Translations under genes and position numbers: made by a program
Shown here: positions 8,388 to 16,973 of the stretch, piece after piece
Numbering within the stretch: the stretch's first letter is position 1
Layout: each line of letters starts with the position of its first letter
The notes under the pieces: model-generated
Told to the model about the DNA's origin: nothing
The model's input: the letters and a program-made list of their open reading frames with translations, nothing else
Databases searched by the model: none
Virus record (IMG/VR): IMGVR_UViG_640753024_000006
Location: 1 to 27,584 of that record
From: a virus
Lineage: Duplodnaviria; Heunggongvirae; Uroviricota; Caudoviricetes
Reading direction: 5' to 3' (one strand)
Length of the DNA: 27,584 nt

Positions 8388-9335
8388 ATGAGCAGCAAGC
8401 TTCATGGTCTTGTCTGGGAAGGGTGTGCCTTCACCGGCATGATCTTATCCAGGGTGGCAGTTATGGCTCGCCTTGCAGATTACAGCAATGACGAAGGTGT
8501 GTCATGGCCTGCAGTGGAGACCATTCGTCGTCAGATTGGGGCAAAGAGTGAATCAACGGTTAAAGCTGCGATAGCAGAACTGGAAAAGAACGGCTGGCTG
8601 ACGAAGGAGGAACGTAAGGTCGGTGGGCGTAATGAAAGCAATATCTACCGTCTTAATGTGGAAAAACTCGAAGCAGCAGCAGCGGCAGCGCGTGAGGCAT
8701 ATAAACCGAAAAGAAAAATTAGCCAGGCAAAAAATGACCCGTCAAATATTGACCCCTCAACGGTTGACCCGTCAAATTTTGATGGATCAACCGTTGATAA
8801 AAAACAGCCGGTTAGGGGGGCGATGGTTGGCCCTGATCCGTCAGTATTAAAACCTGATCCGTCAGATAAAAGATCTTTTCGTCCGGAAGCTTCGCAACCG
8901 GACATGCAGACGGCTGAACAGGATTTTTTAACCCGACACCCTGACGCGGTTGTGTTCAGTGCGAAAAAACGCCAGTGGGGTAGCCAGGAAGATTTAGCGT
9001 GTGCGCAGTGGATCTGGGGGCGAATCGTGAGTCTTTACGAGCAGGCCGCCAGCGATGATGGCGAGATTTCGCGACCGAAAGAACCCAACTGGACCGCATG
9101 GGCCAACGACGTGCGCACAATGCGGATGCTGGATGGCAGAACTCACAGACAAATTTGTGAAATGTTTGGTCGGGTGCAGCGGGATCCATTCTGGGTAAAA
9201 AATATCATGAGTCCGTCAAAGCTTCGCGAAAAATGGGATGAACTGGTTATCCGCCTGGGGCGTTCGTCTGTACAGCGTTGTGTGAATCATATTTCTGAGC
9301 CGGATACCGAAATTCCGCCGGGGTTCAGGGGGTAA
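8388..9335 (+). CDS. Replication initiation protein (lambda O-like role) with internal iterons
   Basis: 315 aa; N-terminal winged-helix-like region; central DPSNIDPSTVDPSNFDGSTVD peptide repeats encoded by DNA iterons; immediately upstream of a DnaC-like loader. Confidence 0.65.
   Translation: MSSKLHGLVWEGCAFTGMILSRVAVMARLADYSNDEGVSWPAVETIRRQIGAKSESTVKAAIAELEKNGWLTKEERKVGGRNESNIYRLNVEKLEAAAAAAREAYKPKRKISQAKNDPSNIDPSTVDPSNFDGSTVDKKQPVRGAMVGPDPSVLKPDPSDKRSFRPEASQPDMQTAEQDFLTRHPDAVVFSAKKRQWGSQEDLACAQWIWGRIVSLYEQAASDDGEISRPKEPNWTAWANDVRTMRMLDGRTHRQICEMFGRVQRDPFWVKNIMSPSKLREKWDELVIRLGRSSVQRCVNHISEPDTEIPPGFRG
8736..8865 (+). repeat. Putative origin iterons inside the initiator gene
   Basis: Four tandem 15-bp repeats (gacccgtcaaatatt, gacccctcaacggtt, gacccgtcaaatttt, gatggatcaaccgtt) at 8736-8795, plus two ctgatccgtcag repeats at 8833-8865. 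Confidence 0.65.
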
Positions 9336-9341
9336 CGGGCC

Positions 9342-10088
9342 ATGAAAAATATCGCGGCAGGTGGTGTTCTTGAGCGTATCCGTAAGCTGGCCCCGCAGCA
9401 TGTAATCGCGCCGTACCGGACAGTGGACGAGTGGCGCGAGTGGCAACTGGCAGAAGGGCGAAAACGTAGCGAGGAGATCAACCGCCAGAATCGCCAGTTG
9501 CGGGTGGAGAAAATCCTGAATCGTTCGGGCATCCAGCCTCTGCACAGCAAATGCTCGTTTGCGAATTATCAGGTGCAGAATGACGGGCAAAAACACGCGC
9601 TGAGCCAGGCAAAATCCATCGCTGACGAACTGATGACCGGGTGCACGAATTTTGTGTTCAGCGGTAAGCCGGGTACCGGAAAGAACCACCTTGCAGCCGC
9701 CATTGGTAATCATCTTCTGGCGAAAGGTCGCAGCGTGATTGTGATAACGGTGGCTGATGTGATGCTGGCGTTACACAACAGCTACGACAACAAAAACTCA
9801 GGCGAAAAATTTTTACAGGGGTTGTGTGATGTTGACCTGCTTGTCCTGGATGAAATCGGAATGCAGCGGGATACGCGCAACGAGCAGGTCACGCTGAACC
9901 AGATAGTCGACCGCAGAACGGCTTCGATGCGCAGTGTCGGAATGCTGACAAACCTGAACCACGTAGCGATGAGTACGCTTCTTGGTGAGCGTGTAATGGA
10001 CCGCATGGTCATGAACGGTGGTCGCTGGGTGAATTTTAACTGGGAGAGCTGGCGTTCGAATGTCAGGCACCTGAGGGTTGTGAAGTAA
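9342..10088 (+). CDS. DnaC-like helicase loader (AAA+ ATPase, IstB-like)
   Basis: Walker A GKPGTGKNHLAAAIG and Walker B DLLVLDEIG; 248 aa; follows the initiator gene. Confidence 0.85.
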   Translation: MKNIAAGGVLERIRKLAPQHVIAPYRTVDEWREWQLAEGRKRSEEINRQNRQLRVEKILNRSGIQPLHSKCSFANYQVQNDGQKHALSQAKSIADELMTGCTNFVFSGKPGTGKNHLAAAIGNHLLAKGRSVIVITVADVMLALHNSYDNKNSGEKFLQGLCDVDLLVLDEIGMQRDTRNEQVTLNQIVDRRTASMRSVGMLTNLNHVAMSTLLGERVMDRMVMNGGRWVNFNWESWRSNVRHLRVVK

Positions 10089-10109
10089 TTTTGTCCGGAG
10101 GAAATTTTA

Positions 10110-10871
10110 ATGGAAACCGTTTTTGACGCACTGAAAGCAATGGGAAAAGCCACATCCATAGAACTTGCTGCGCGACTTGATATCAGTCGTGAAGAAGTGC
10201 TGAACGAACTATGGGAACTGAAAAAGGCTGGTTTCGTTGATAAAAGCGCGTACACCTGGCGTGTGGCTGATAACAACGTTCAGCAGGAACAGCCAGCGCA
10301 GGCAGAACTGCCGGAAGAAACCTCCACGGCGACAGTAGCGAAAATCTCAGAGTGCGATTTAACCGCGACGATTGAACAACACGGACCACAAACGGCTGAT
10401 GAGCTGGCTACATTGTTTGGTACCACATCACGCAAAGTGGCTTCAACGCTGGCAATGGCAATCAGCAAAGGACGCCTGATTCGTGCAAATCAGGACGGTA
10501 AATTTCGTTACTGCATGCCGGGCGATAATTTACCAGCAGAGCCGAAAGCAGCATCGGTAGCGGAAACTGATGGTAAAGCCTTTCCTCAGCCTGCATGTGT
10601 TGCGTTACCAGTACAGGAGGCTGCAACACAGGAAGATATTAAAACAGAAACTGTGGCGGACATTGTGCAGTCGCTGCCATCGTTTACTGAAACGCGAGCG
10701 GATGACCTGGTTTTACCATCGCTGCATATGGCAAACCGCGAACTGCGTCGGGCGAAAAGTCATGCCCAGAAGTGGGAACGAGTCTGCGCCGCGCTGCGGG
10801 AGCTGAACAAGCACCGGGATATTGTTCGACATATTTTCGATTCCTCCAGTCATATTGTGTCGGAAAAGTGA
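10110..10871 (+). CDS. Hypothetical nin-region protein with N-terminal winged-helix-like segment
   Basis: 253 aa; GGAGG RBS; no catalytic motif recognised. Confidence 0.55.
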   Translation: METVFDALKAMGKATSIELAARLDISREEVLNELWELKKAGFVDKSAYTWRVADNNVQQEQPAQAELPEETSTATVAKISECDLTATIEQHGPQTADELATLFGTTSRKVASTLAMAISKGRLIRANQDGKFRYCMPGDNLPAEPKAASVAETDGKAFPQPACVALPVQEAATQEDIKTETVADIVQSLPSFTETRADDLVLPSLHMANRELRRAKSHAQKWERVCAALRELNKHRDIVRHIFDSSSHIVSEK

Positions 10872-10886
10872 TTGCCGGAGGCGCTT

Positions 10887-11309
10887 ATGGCAAAAGTATT
10901 TACACAAGAAGAGCGAGAAAAAATTAAAGGGCAGGTTGTTGAGCTGGTACGCCGGAGTGGGCGCGAGACGTTACGACAACTGGAAGCCAAGACAGGTGCG
11001 ACAAGATATCTGGTGAGCGTTCTTGCCAGAGAGCTGGTTGCCAGTGGCGATGTATACAACTCTGGCTATGGGTTATTTCCCTCTGAACAGGCTCGTAAGG
11101 ACTGGCAAAATGCCCGTAAAAAACTATCAAGGGCAAAGGTGAAGAAACCGGTTGTGGTTGATCCTGACCTTATCTGGTCATTACCCGACGGAGAAATACG
11201 TCGTTACGACAGGCGTCTGAACATAATCTGTCGCGAGTGCCGGAAGAGTGAGGTTATGCAGCGAGTGCTGGCGTTTTATCAGGGTAATTTTCAGGAGGTG
11301 ATGGCGTGA
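10887..11309 (+). CDS. Hypothetical nin-region protein
   Basis: About 140 aa from ATG 10887 with GGAGG RBS (track start 10872 is further upstream in frame). Confidence 0.5.
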   Translation: MAKVFTQEEREKIKGQVVELVRRSGRETLRQLEAKTGATRYLVSVLARELVASGDVYNSGYGLFPSEQARKDWQNARKKLSRAKVKKPVVVDPDLIWSLPDGEIRRYDRRLNIICRECRKSEVMQRVLAFYQGNFQEVMA

Positions 11310-11656
11310 GGGTGAGGGTTTATATCGCTGGTCCGATGACCGGGTATAAAAATTTCAACCGTGAGGCGTTCCACAAGGCGGAAGAGGAACTGAAACGGGA
11401 AGGGCATACAGTCTTGAACCCGGCAGTACTTCCGGACGGGCTGACACAGCCACACTACATGGATATCTGCATGGCGATGATTCGTTGCGTGGATGCGATT
11501 TACATGCTGCAAGGCTGGCAGCGGTCAGCAGGCGCTAAAGCGGAACTGGCTCTGGCGGAGAAGCTAGGGCATGTGGTTGTTTTTCAGAGGGGGGCGATAT
11601 GCCGATTCTCTGGTTTCAGGAGGTGTGGGAAAAAGAAATGTGGGAAGGTCTTGTGA
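11306..11656 (+). CDS. DUF4406-like protein (nucleoside 2-deoxyribosyltransferase-like fold)
   Basis: N-terminal VYIAGPMTG motif typical of DUF4406 as I recall; GTG start overlapping the previous stop. Confidence 0.55.
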   Translation: MRVRVYIAGPMTGYKNFNREAFHKAEEELKREGHTVLNPAVLPDGLTQPHYMDICMAMIRCVDAIYMLQGWQRSAGAKAELALAEKLGHVVVFQRGAICRFSGFRRCGKKKCGKVL

Positions 11657-11751
11657 TTGTGGCCGAAACAGTTCTTTTATTATGGTCTGTGATTGCGTGT
11701 ATTTTTATGATTTATTGTGAATGATGTGAATCTCGCGGTGGCCACTGAATT

Positions 11752-11794
11752 GCAACCATTACCCCCTGTGATGTAATTGTGGGGTAATGGTTGC
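11752..11794. repeat. Perfect 14-bp inverted repeat hairpin (gcaaccattacccc ... ggggtaatggttgc), 15-nt spacer, no flanking T-run
   Basis: Exact reverse-complementary arms at 11752-11765 and 11781-11794, between DUF4406 and the next gene. Confidence 0.75.
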
Positions 11795-11827
11795 GCAGGC
11801 ATAGCGACAGGACTGGATGAGAAAAAT

Positions 11828-12250
11828 ATGACGAAATTTACCAGAGAGCAATTGATTGCTCATGCTAATGAAAGTGTGAAATCCATGGAATTTGCTGCGC
11901 GACAGACCGTGTTTAAGACTTCAAGAGTTGCCATTGAAATGGATCTTGCGCTTGCCCGTATTGCGCTTGCCTCACTTGAAGCAATGCCAGTTGCATGGTC
12001 CTGTGCTCACAATATGGTTTTGTTCAATGCTGAATCTGTTGCGGCATACGCAAAACACTCAGCCATTGCGCCAAAACCCCTGTACGCTGCGCAACCGGCA
12101 TCACTTTCACATGAGGAAGAGTTGACAATGCTGGTTAAACAATTGGTAAGTCAGTTGAAAAAAGCGAAACCAGATTGCAAATTACCGGATATGGCGATGG
12201 GGTATCTGGAGCGGAATGGGCTGATAAGCGCGGAGGATGTTTTACGATGA
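11828..12250 (+). CDS. Hypothetical protein (141 aa)
   Basis: ATG 11828 in frame with track ORF 11777-12250; no motif recognised. Confidence 0.5.
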   Translation: MTKFTREQLIAHANESVKSMEFAARQTVFKTSRVAIEMDLALARIALASLEAMPVAWSCAHNMVLFNAESVAAYAKHSAIAPKPLYAAQPASLSHEEELTMLVKQLVSQLKKAKPDCKLPDMAMGYLERNGLISAEDVLR

Positions 12251-12330
12251 CCTGGCCGGAGGCATTCACAACGACAGGAATTGCAATGGCGGTAGCACTT
12301 GTTGTGTATTCGATTTGCCGCTGGGGATAA
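12247..12330 (+). CDS. Putative small membrane peptide (27 aa), translationally coupled
   Basis: ATG overlaps the upstream stop as ATGA; sequence MTWPEAFTTTGIAMAVALVVYSICRWG has one hydrophobic helix; below the ORF-track length threshold. Confidence 0.3.
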   Translation: MTWPEAFTTTGIAMAVALVVYSICRWG

Positions 12331-12540
12331 AAACGGTTTGCAGTGAAAGGGGAGTTAAGTAGAATTGCTGCGGGTGCTTGAGGCTATCTGTCTCAGGCAT
12401 GAACACCAAAGGCAGATAGAGAAAAGCCCCAGTTAACATTACGCGTCCTGCAAGACGCTTAACATTAATCTGAGGCCCAATCTATGTCTCACAAATGTAG
12501 GTTAGCCTCTTACGTGCCGAAAGGCAAGGAGAAGCAGGCT

Positions 12541-12696
12541 ATGAAGCAGCAAAAGGCGATGTTAATCGCCCTTATCGTCATCTGTTTAACCGTCATAGTG
12601 ACGGCACTGGTAACGAGGAAAGACCTCTGCGAGGTACGAATCCGAACCGGCCAGACGGAGGTCGCTGTCTTCACAGCTTACGAACCTGAGGAGTAA
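12541..12696 (+). CDS. hok: Hok/Gef-family type I toxin (HokD/RelF-like)
   Basis: MKQQKAMLIALIVICLTVIVTALVTRKDLCEVRIRTGQTEVAVFTAYEPEE matches the Hok-family pattern (TM helix, conserved C..R..G.EVA.F) and my memory of RelF/HokD; AGGAGA RBS; structured leader upstream. Confidence 0.8.
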   Translation: MKQQKAMLIALIVICLTVIVTALVTRKDLCEVRIRTGQTEVAVFTAYEPEE

Positions 12697-12863
12697 GAGA
12701 CCAGGCGAGGGAGAAATCCCTCGCCACCTCTGATGTGGCAGGCATCCTCAACGCACCCGCACGTAACCCGCTTCGGCGGGTTTTGTTTTTTCCTGGCATT
12801 CTGGTTTACAATTCGCACGCCAGCCTGAACAACTGGCACCTGCTGCGCCAGCAGAGACAACCG

Positions 12864-13142
12864 ATGGCGCACGATACCAAATTACACAATTCTAATGATT
12901 CTGCCGTCTTTGCCAGTAGGTGCGGACGGCGTTTTCACGCATTCAAATCAGACTGGTTCCAGCATCCTCCATGCACTGAAGAGCAGGCGGAATGGATAAT
13001 TCAGTGTTACCGCAGGCGCGGATACGAGGTTAAGAAAGCTCTTAGCCTCGACTACCGTCACTGGATAATCTCAGTCAGACTCCCTTACTCCGAACGCCCA
13101 CCGCGTTCATCCCGCACATACCAGCAACGCATCTGGAGGTAA
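12864..13142 (+). CDS. Hypothetical small protein, translationally coupled to the DUF968 gene
   Basis: Stop TAA sits inside the GGAGG RBS of the next gene (GTG 13144); start is uncertain (track ORF begins 12735). Confidence 0.4.
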   Translation: MAHDTKLHNSNDSAVFASRCGRRFHAFKSDWFQHPPCTEEQAEWIIQCYRRRGYEVKKALSLDYRHWIISVRLPYSERPPRSSRTYQQRIWR

Positions 13143-13143
13143 C

Positions 13144-14199
13144 GTGCGGGTATTACTTCGACCTGTTCCGGTACCGGAACTTGGGCTGGTGGTGCTAAAA
13201 CCGGGCCGTGAATCCATGCAGGTATTTCATAACCCTCGAGTTCTGGTGGAGCCGGAACCGAAAAGCATGCGCGGTCTGCCGTCCGGAGTCGTTCCTGCTG
13301 TTCGCCAGCCGCTGGCGGAGGATAAATCATTACTGCCATTTTTCAGCGATGAGCGGGTGATTCGTGCTGCTGGTGGTGCTGGGGCACTGTCTGACTGGCT
13401 GTTGCGTCATGTCAAATCCTGCCAGTGGCCACACGGCGATTATCATCACAGCGAAACCGTTATTCACCGATATGGTACCGGCGCAATGGTGTTGTGCTGG
13501 CACTGCGACAACCAGCTGCGTGACCAGACCTCCGAATCACTCGGGCAACTTGCTCACCAAAATTTGTCAGCATGGATGATTGACGTCATACGCCATGTAA
13601 TGAATGGCGCGCAGGAGCGTGAATTATCGCTGGCTGAATTATCCTGGTGGGCAACCATAAATAACGTAGCGGACGCACTACCGGAGACGGTGTTACGTCG
13701 TTCGCTGGGATTACGCGCGGAAAAAATTCGCTCAGTATACCGCGAGAGCGACATCGTGCCGGGAGAGCAGACCGCCACCAGCATGCTGAAGCAGCGCACA
13801 AAAAATATTGCGCTACTGCCTCACGCCCACCAGCAAAACCCGCCACAGGAAAAGACGGTGGTAAGCATTGCCGTTGATCCGGAGTCACCGGCTCAGTATC
13901 TCCAGCGCCAGAAACCACGACGGGAAGAGATGCCTGTATACACGCGTTGGGTAAAAACGCAGAAATGCATGACGTGTGGTAATCAGGCAGATGATCCGCA
14001 TCACATCATTGGTCATGGACTGGGAGGGATGGGAACAAAGGCTGATGATTTGTTTGTTATTCCGCTGTGCCGTAAATGCCATAGCGAACTACACGCCGGG
14101 GTAAAAGATTTTGAAGAAAAACACGGCAGCCAGCTGTTGTTGCTGATTCGTTTTTTAATGCACGCGAGAAATTCGGGTGTCCTGAAGTGGAAAGCATGA
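13144..14199 (+). CDS. DUF968-like protein with C-terminal HNH-like Cys/His cluster (YdfU-like)
   Basis: 351 aa; C-terminal CMTCGN...PHHIIGHG...PLCRKCHSELH; GGAGG RBS with GTG start. Confidence 0.6.
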   Translation: MRVLLRPVPVPELGLVVLKPGRESMQVFHNPRVLVEPEPKSMRGLPSGVVPAVRQPLAEDKSLLPFFSDERVIRAAGGAGALSDWLLRHVKSCQWPHGDYHHSETVIHRYGTGAMVLCWHCDNQLRDQTSESLGQLAHQNLSAWMIDVIRHVMNGAQERELSLAELSWWATINNVADALPETVLRRSLGLRAEKIRSVYRESDIVPGEQTATSMLKQRTKNIALLPHAHQQNPPQEKTVVSIAVDPESPAQYLQRQKPRREEMPVYTRWVKTQKCMTCGNQADDPHHIIGHGLGGMGTKADDLFVIPLCRKCHSELHAGVKDFEEKHGSQLLLLIRFLMHARNSGVLKWKA

Positions 14200-14565
14200 A
14201 TGACTGAACGCATAGAATTTGTTTTGCCTTACCCGCCAACGGTGAACACTTACTGGCGACGTCGTGGCAGCACATATTTTGTATCAAAAGCCGGTGAGCG
14301 TTATCGCCGTGATGTGGCGCTTATTGTTCGCCAGCAGCGACTGAAATTAAACCTGTCCGGACGGCTGGTGATAAAGATTATTGCAGAGCCACCGGATAAA
14401 CGTCGTCGTGACCTGGACAATATCCTGAAAGCACCACTGGATGCGCTGACGCATGCCGGACTTCTCATAGACGACGAGCAGTTTGATGAAATCAATATTG
14501 TGCGCGGTCAGCTCGTTCCTGGTGGGCGGCTGGGGATAAAAATCACAGAACTGGAGTGCGCATGA
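14200..14565 (+). CDS. rusA: Holliday junction resolvase RusA
   Basis: 121 aa; VLPYPPTVNTYW... and D..DN..K..LDAL residues characteristic of RusA; nin-region position before Q. Confidence 0.85.
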   Translation: MTERIEFVLPYPPTVNTYWRRRGSTYFVSKAGERYRRDVALIVRQQRLKLNLSGRLVIKIIAEPPDKRRRDLDNILKAPLDALTHAGLLIDDEQFDEINIVRGQLVPGGRLGIKITELECA

Positions 14566-15251
14566 ATAACCAGTATTTACAGTTTGTGCGTGAGCAGCTC
14601 ATTATCGCCACCGCTGATTTGAGTGGGGCAACAAAAGGTCAGCTTGAAGCCTGGCAAGAGAATGCCATGTTCGATACAGGGCGTTACAGGCGTAAAAAAA
14701 TCCGGTACCGCGATGAAGTGACTGGAAAAATGATAACGCGGGATAATCCACCAATCCCGGGAAAGCAATCGCTGGCGAAAGGTTCATCAATTGCCCTGGT
14801 CAGTCCGGTTGAGTTTTCGACATCATCATGGCGACGCGCCGTTCTGTCTCTTGAAGAGCATCAGAAGGCGTGGGTGCTGTGGGTATACAGTGAAAATCCG
14901 AGTTGGGATTATCAGGTGGTCATTGCGAAATGGGCGTGGGATAAGTTTCAGGTGCATTTTGGCACCAGAAAAATTACAGGGAAAACGCTTGAGCGTCTGA
15001 AGAAATTAATCTGGCTGGCGGCGCAGGATGTCAGGGGGAGGATTACTGGGCGTGACGTCTACCAGCGACAGGAACTTGCCAGACTGTGTGGAGTTAAGCC
15101 TGACAACTGGAGCCATAATTATGCGAACTACTGGCGTGAGATGTGCGACATTTTTAAGAAACTCGATACAGAATCCTTGATTTGCACCGTGAAAATGAGA
15201 TCGCAACAAAAAGCGACCTTTTCACGACGAGATATTGCAAAAGTCAATTAA
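14562..15251 (+). CDS. Putative late-gene antiterminator Q (Qin QuuQ-like)
   Basis: Position after rusA and before a promoter plus short-leader terminator; ATGA overlap with the rusA stop; family assignment by position and memory only. Confidence 0.5.
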   Translation: MNNQYLQFVREQLIIATADLSGATKGQLEAWQENAMFDTGRYRRKKIRYRDEVTGKMITRDNPPIPGKQSLAKGSSIALVSPVEFSTSSWRRAVLSLEEHQKAWVLWVYSENPSWDYQVVIAKWAWDKFQVHFGTRKITGKTLERLKKLIWLAAQDVRGRITGRDVYQRQELARLCGVKPDNWSHNYANYWREMCDIFKKLDTESLICTVKMRSQQKATFSRRDIAKVN

Positions 15252-15297
15252 ATCGCATACATTTTATGTAAATGTGATATTTTGCCGTATAGTGTGT
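15235..15297 (+). promoter_or_regulatory. pR'-like late promoter and leader (putative qut region)
   Basis: TTGCAA at 15235-15240, 17-nt spacer, TACATT -10-like hexamer; also a TATAGT hexamer at 15288-15293; strong terminator immediately downstream. Confidence 0.4.
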
Positions 15298-15322
15298 AAA
15301 CCCGCTTAAATGCGGGTTTTTT
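15298..15322 (+). terminator. tR'-like rho-independent terminator
   Basis: aacccgc-ttaaat-gcgggtt stem-loop followed by TTTTTT. Confidence 0.8.
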
Positions 15323-15395
15323 GCTTAACTCTGTGGACCTTTTTATCTGTAGTTGTAAGATATGGATATTCTTACAATTTAGGTCGGTGAGCTTA

Positions 15396-16160
15396 ATGGA
15401 AGAACAGCACGGTAATTACTTTATAAAACGAATTCAGTTGATTGGAAGGGGTGCATTTGGCTTTGTTGAACACGTTAAGGTTTACAACCTCAACAAGGGT
15501 GAATGTGGGGATTATGCTAGAAAGGTTTTAGCCCCCGAAAAACCAGAGCTTTTGGCGCAAATAGAGCAGTTTAGAAGGCGTTTTAAAAGGGAGGTCGTGT
15601 ATCAATCACATTGCGTACATAGCAATATTGTTCCTATTTATTTGTGCGATTTGTTTGCCGAGAATCCATGGTTCATTATGGATAAAGCAGAATGTGATCT
15701 TGAGCACGAAATAACGAACAACCTTCTTACAACAGATCAAAAAATTTCAATAGTGAAAATGGTATTAGATGGTGTAGCTCACATCCATGCGAAAGGCTAT
15801 TTACACAGAGATATAAAACCATTTAATGTCTTGCGATTTAGCGACGGAACATACAAGGTGTCTGATTTTGGTCTGGTAAAAGATACAAATCCCGAAGGGG
15901 ATACCACTAAATTGACCGAGATCGGTACCCGTATGGGAAGTACAAGATATATGGCTCCCGAGATTTTATATAATGCCGAGTATTCAGTTAAGACTGATGT
16001 TTATGCGGTGGGGCGGTTAATTGAGGACTTAAATTTAGATGATAAAAAAATAAAGCCTATCATAGCGAAGTGTACCAGGATGGATAAAGATGATAGATAT
16101 CAGACAATAGATGATGTGGCGTTTGATTTTGTGCATTCTTTTTTAAGGAGTGAGTCATGA
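15396..16160 (+). CDS. Eukaryotic-like (Hanks-type) Ser/Thr protein kinase, minimal kinase domain (255 aa)
   Basis: Subdomain motifs GRGAFGFV (Gly loop), ARK (Lys), HRDIKPFN (catalytic loop), DFG, MAPE (APE), DVYAVG; AT-rich; ATGA overlap with the downstream gene. Confidence 0.85.
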   Translation: MEEQHGNYFIKRIQLIGRGAFGFVEHVKVYNLNKGECGDYARKVLAPEKPELLAQIEQFRRRFKREVVYQSHCVHSNIVPIYLCDLFAENPWFIMDKAECDLEHEITNNLLTTDQKISIVKMVLDGVAHIHAKGYLHRDIKPFNVLRFSDGTYKVSDFGLVKDTNPEGDTTKLTEIGTRMGSTRYMAPEILYNAEYSVKTDVYAVGRLIEDLNLDDKKIKPIIAKCTRMDKDDRYQTIDDVAFDFVHSFLRSES

Positions 16161-16900
16161 TTCAGCTGATAGCGACTTCATCATTCTCGTATCCAAAAGA
16201 ACCAGGTAGGGTCAACGAAGATTCATTGCTTCCTCCCAAAATTGTAGGGGATGGCATCTTATTTGCCGTAGCTGATGGTGTAGGTTCATACACTGGTGCC
16301 AGTCAGGCTTCATCAATGGCAATTGCTGAACTTTCAGCATTGACAAGCTTATCTTTTGACACAGTTCCGGATGTATTTGATGAAGTTAAGCGAAAGGTTA
16401 TGTCGTTAGCTGATGTTAATGATGAGTTCGATAAAGCTGCTACTACACTTACGTTTTGTTATGTTTGTGATAGCGGAATTATTATTGGTCATATTGGTGA
16501 TTGTCGTTTGTATTGCATTGGAGAGAAGAAAGCATACCAATTGACGAAGGACGATACCAGGCATCAGATGCTAATTGATCAGAATATTTTTAAACCCAGA
16601 GATTTGAAGGATAAACCGGGCAAAAATATCTTAACGACGGCGATAGCCTCAAATGTTGATATGGAATACGACTGTGATTTTATCACATGGAAAGATTTAC
16701 CTAGTATTAACGGGGTATATCATCTGTGTATCATGTCTGATGGGGTTCATAACGTTTGGGAAAAACGCCCCAGATTTACATCAAATACGATGAGTAATAG
16801 TCAGAAGTTTTCTAATGGCATTTTGCGTCGTATAGAGAGAGCCGGACCTGATGATGACTTTTCTTTAGTAAGTATAATGGTGCGTGTGACGTCAGATTAG
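16157..16900 (+). CDS. PP2C-family (PPM) Ser/Thr protein phosphatase
   Basis: Motifs RVNEDS, FAVADGVGS (DGxG), HIGDCRLY (GDSR-like) and MSDGV; 247 aa; coupled to the kinase gene. Confidence 0.8.
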   Translation: MIQLIATSSFSYPKEPGRVNEDSLLPPKIVGDGILFAVADGVGSYTGASQASSMAIAELSALTSLSFDTVPDVFDEVKRKVMSLADVNDEFDKAATTLTFCYVCDSGIIIGHIGDCRLYCIGEKKAYQLTKDDTRHQMLIDQNIFKPRDLKDKPGKNILTTAIASNVDMEYDCDFITWKDLPSINGVYHLCIMSDGVHNVWEKRPRFTSNTMSNSQKFSNGILRRIERAGPDDDFSLVSIMVRVTSD

Positions 16901-16973
16901 TTGTATAAACTCAGTAGGGAATGCTAATTTCACATACAACATAGTTAAAGAAAACTTAATTTTAATGTAAAAA

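Noticed and set aside
8736-8865. Possible CRISPR array (short direct repeats)
   Set aside because: The repeats are 12-15 bp, contiguous without spacers, and lie inside a replication-initiator ORF; this is an iteron origin, not a CRISPR array.
9216-10276. Minus-strand ORFs (9216-9713, 9287-9550, 9782-10276, 9813-10070) overlapping the initiator and DnaC-like genes
   Set aside because: Antisense to well-supported genes with clear motifs (Walker A/B), no RBS, and Arg/Ser-rich composition typical of antisense frames.
12484-12540. Upstream in-frame extension of hok (MSHKCRLASYVPKGKEKQA...), possibly a mok-like reading frame
   Set aside because: It is in the same frame as hok, whereas mok normally overlaps out of frame, and the AGGAGA RBS sits inside it directly before the hok ATG. 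Treated as leader sequence.
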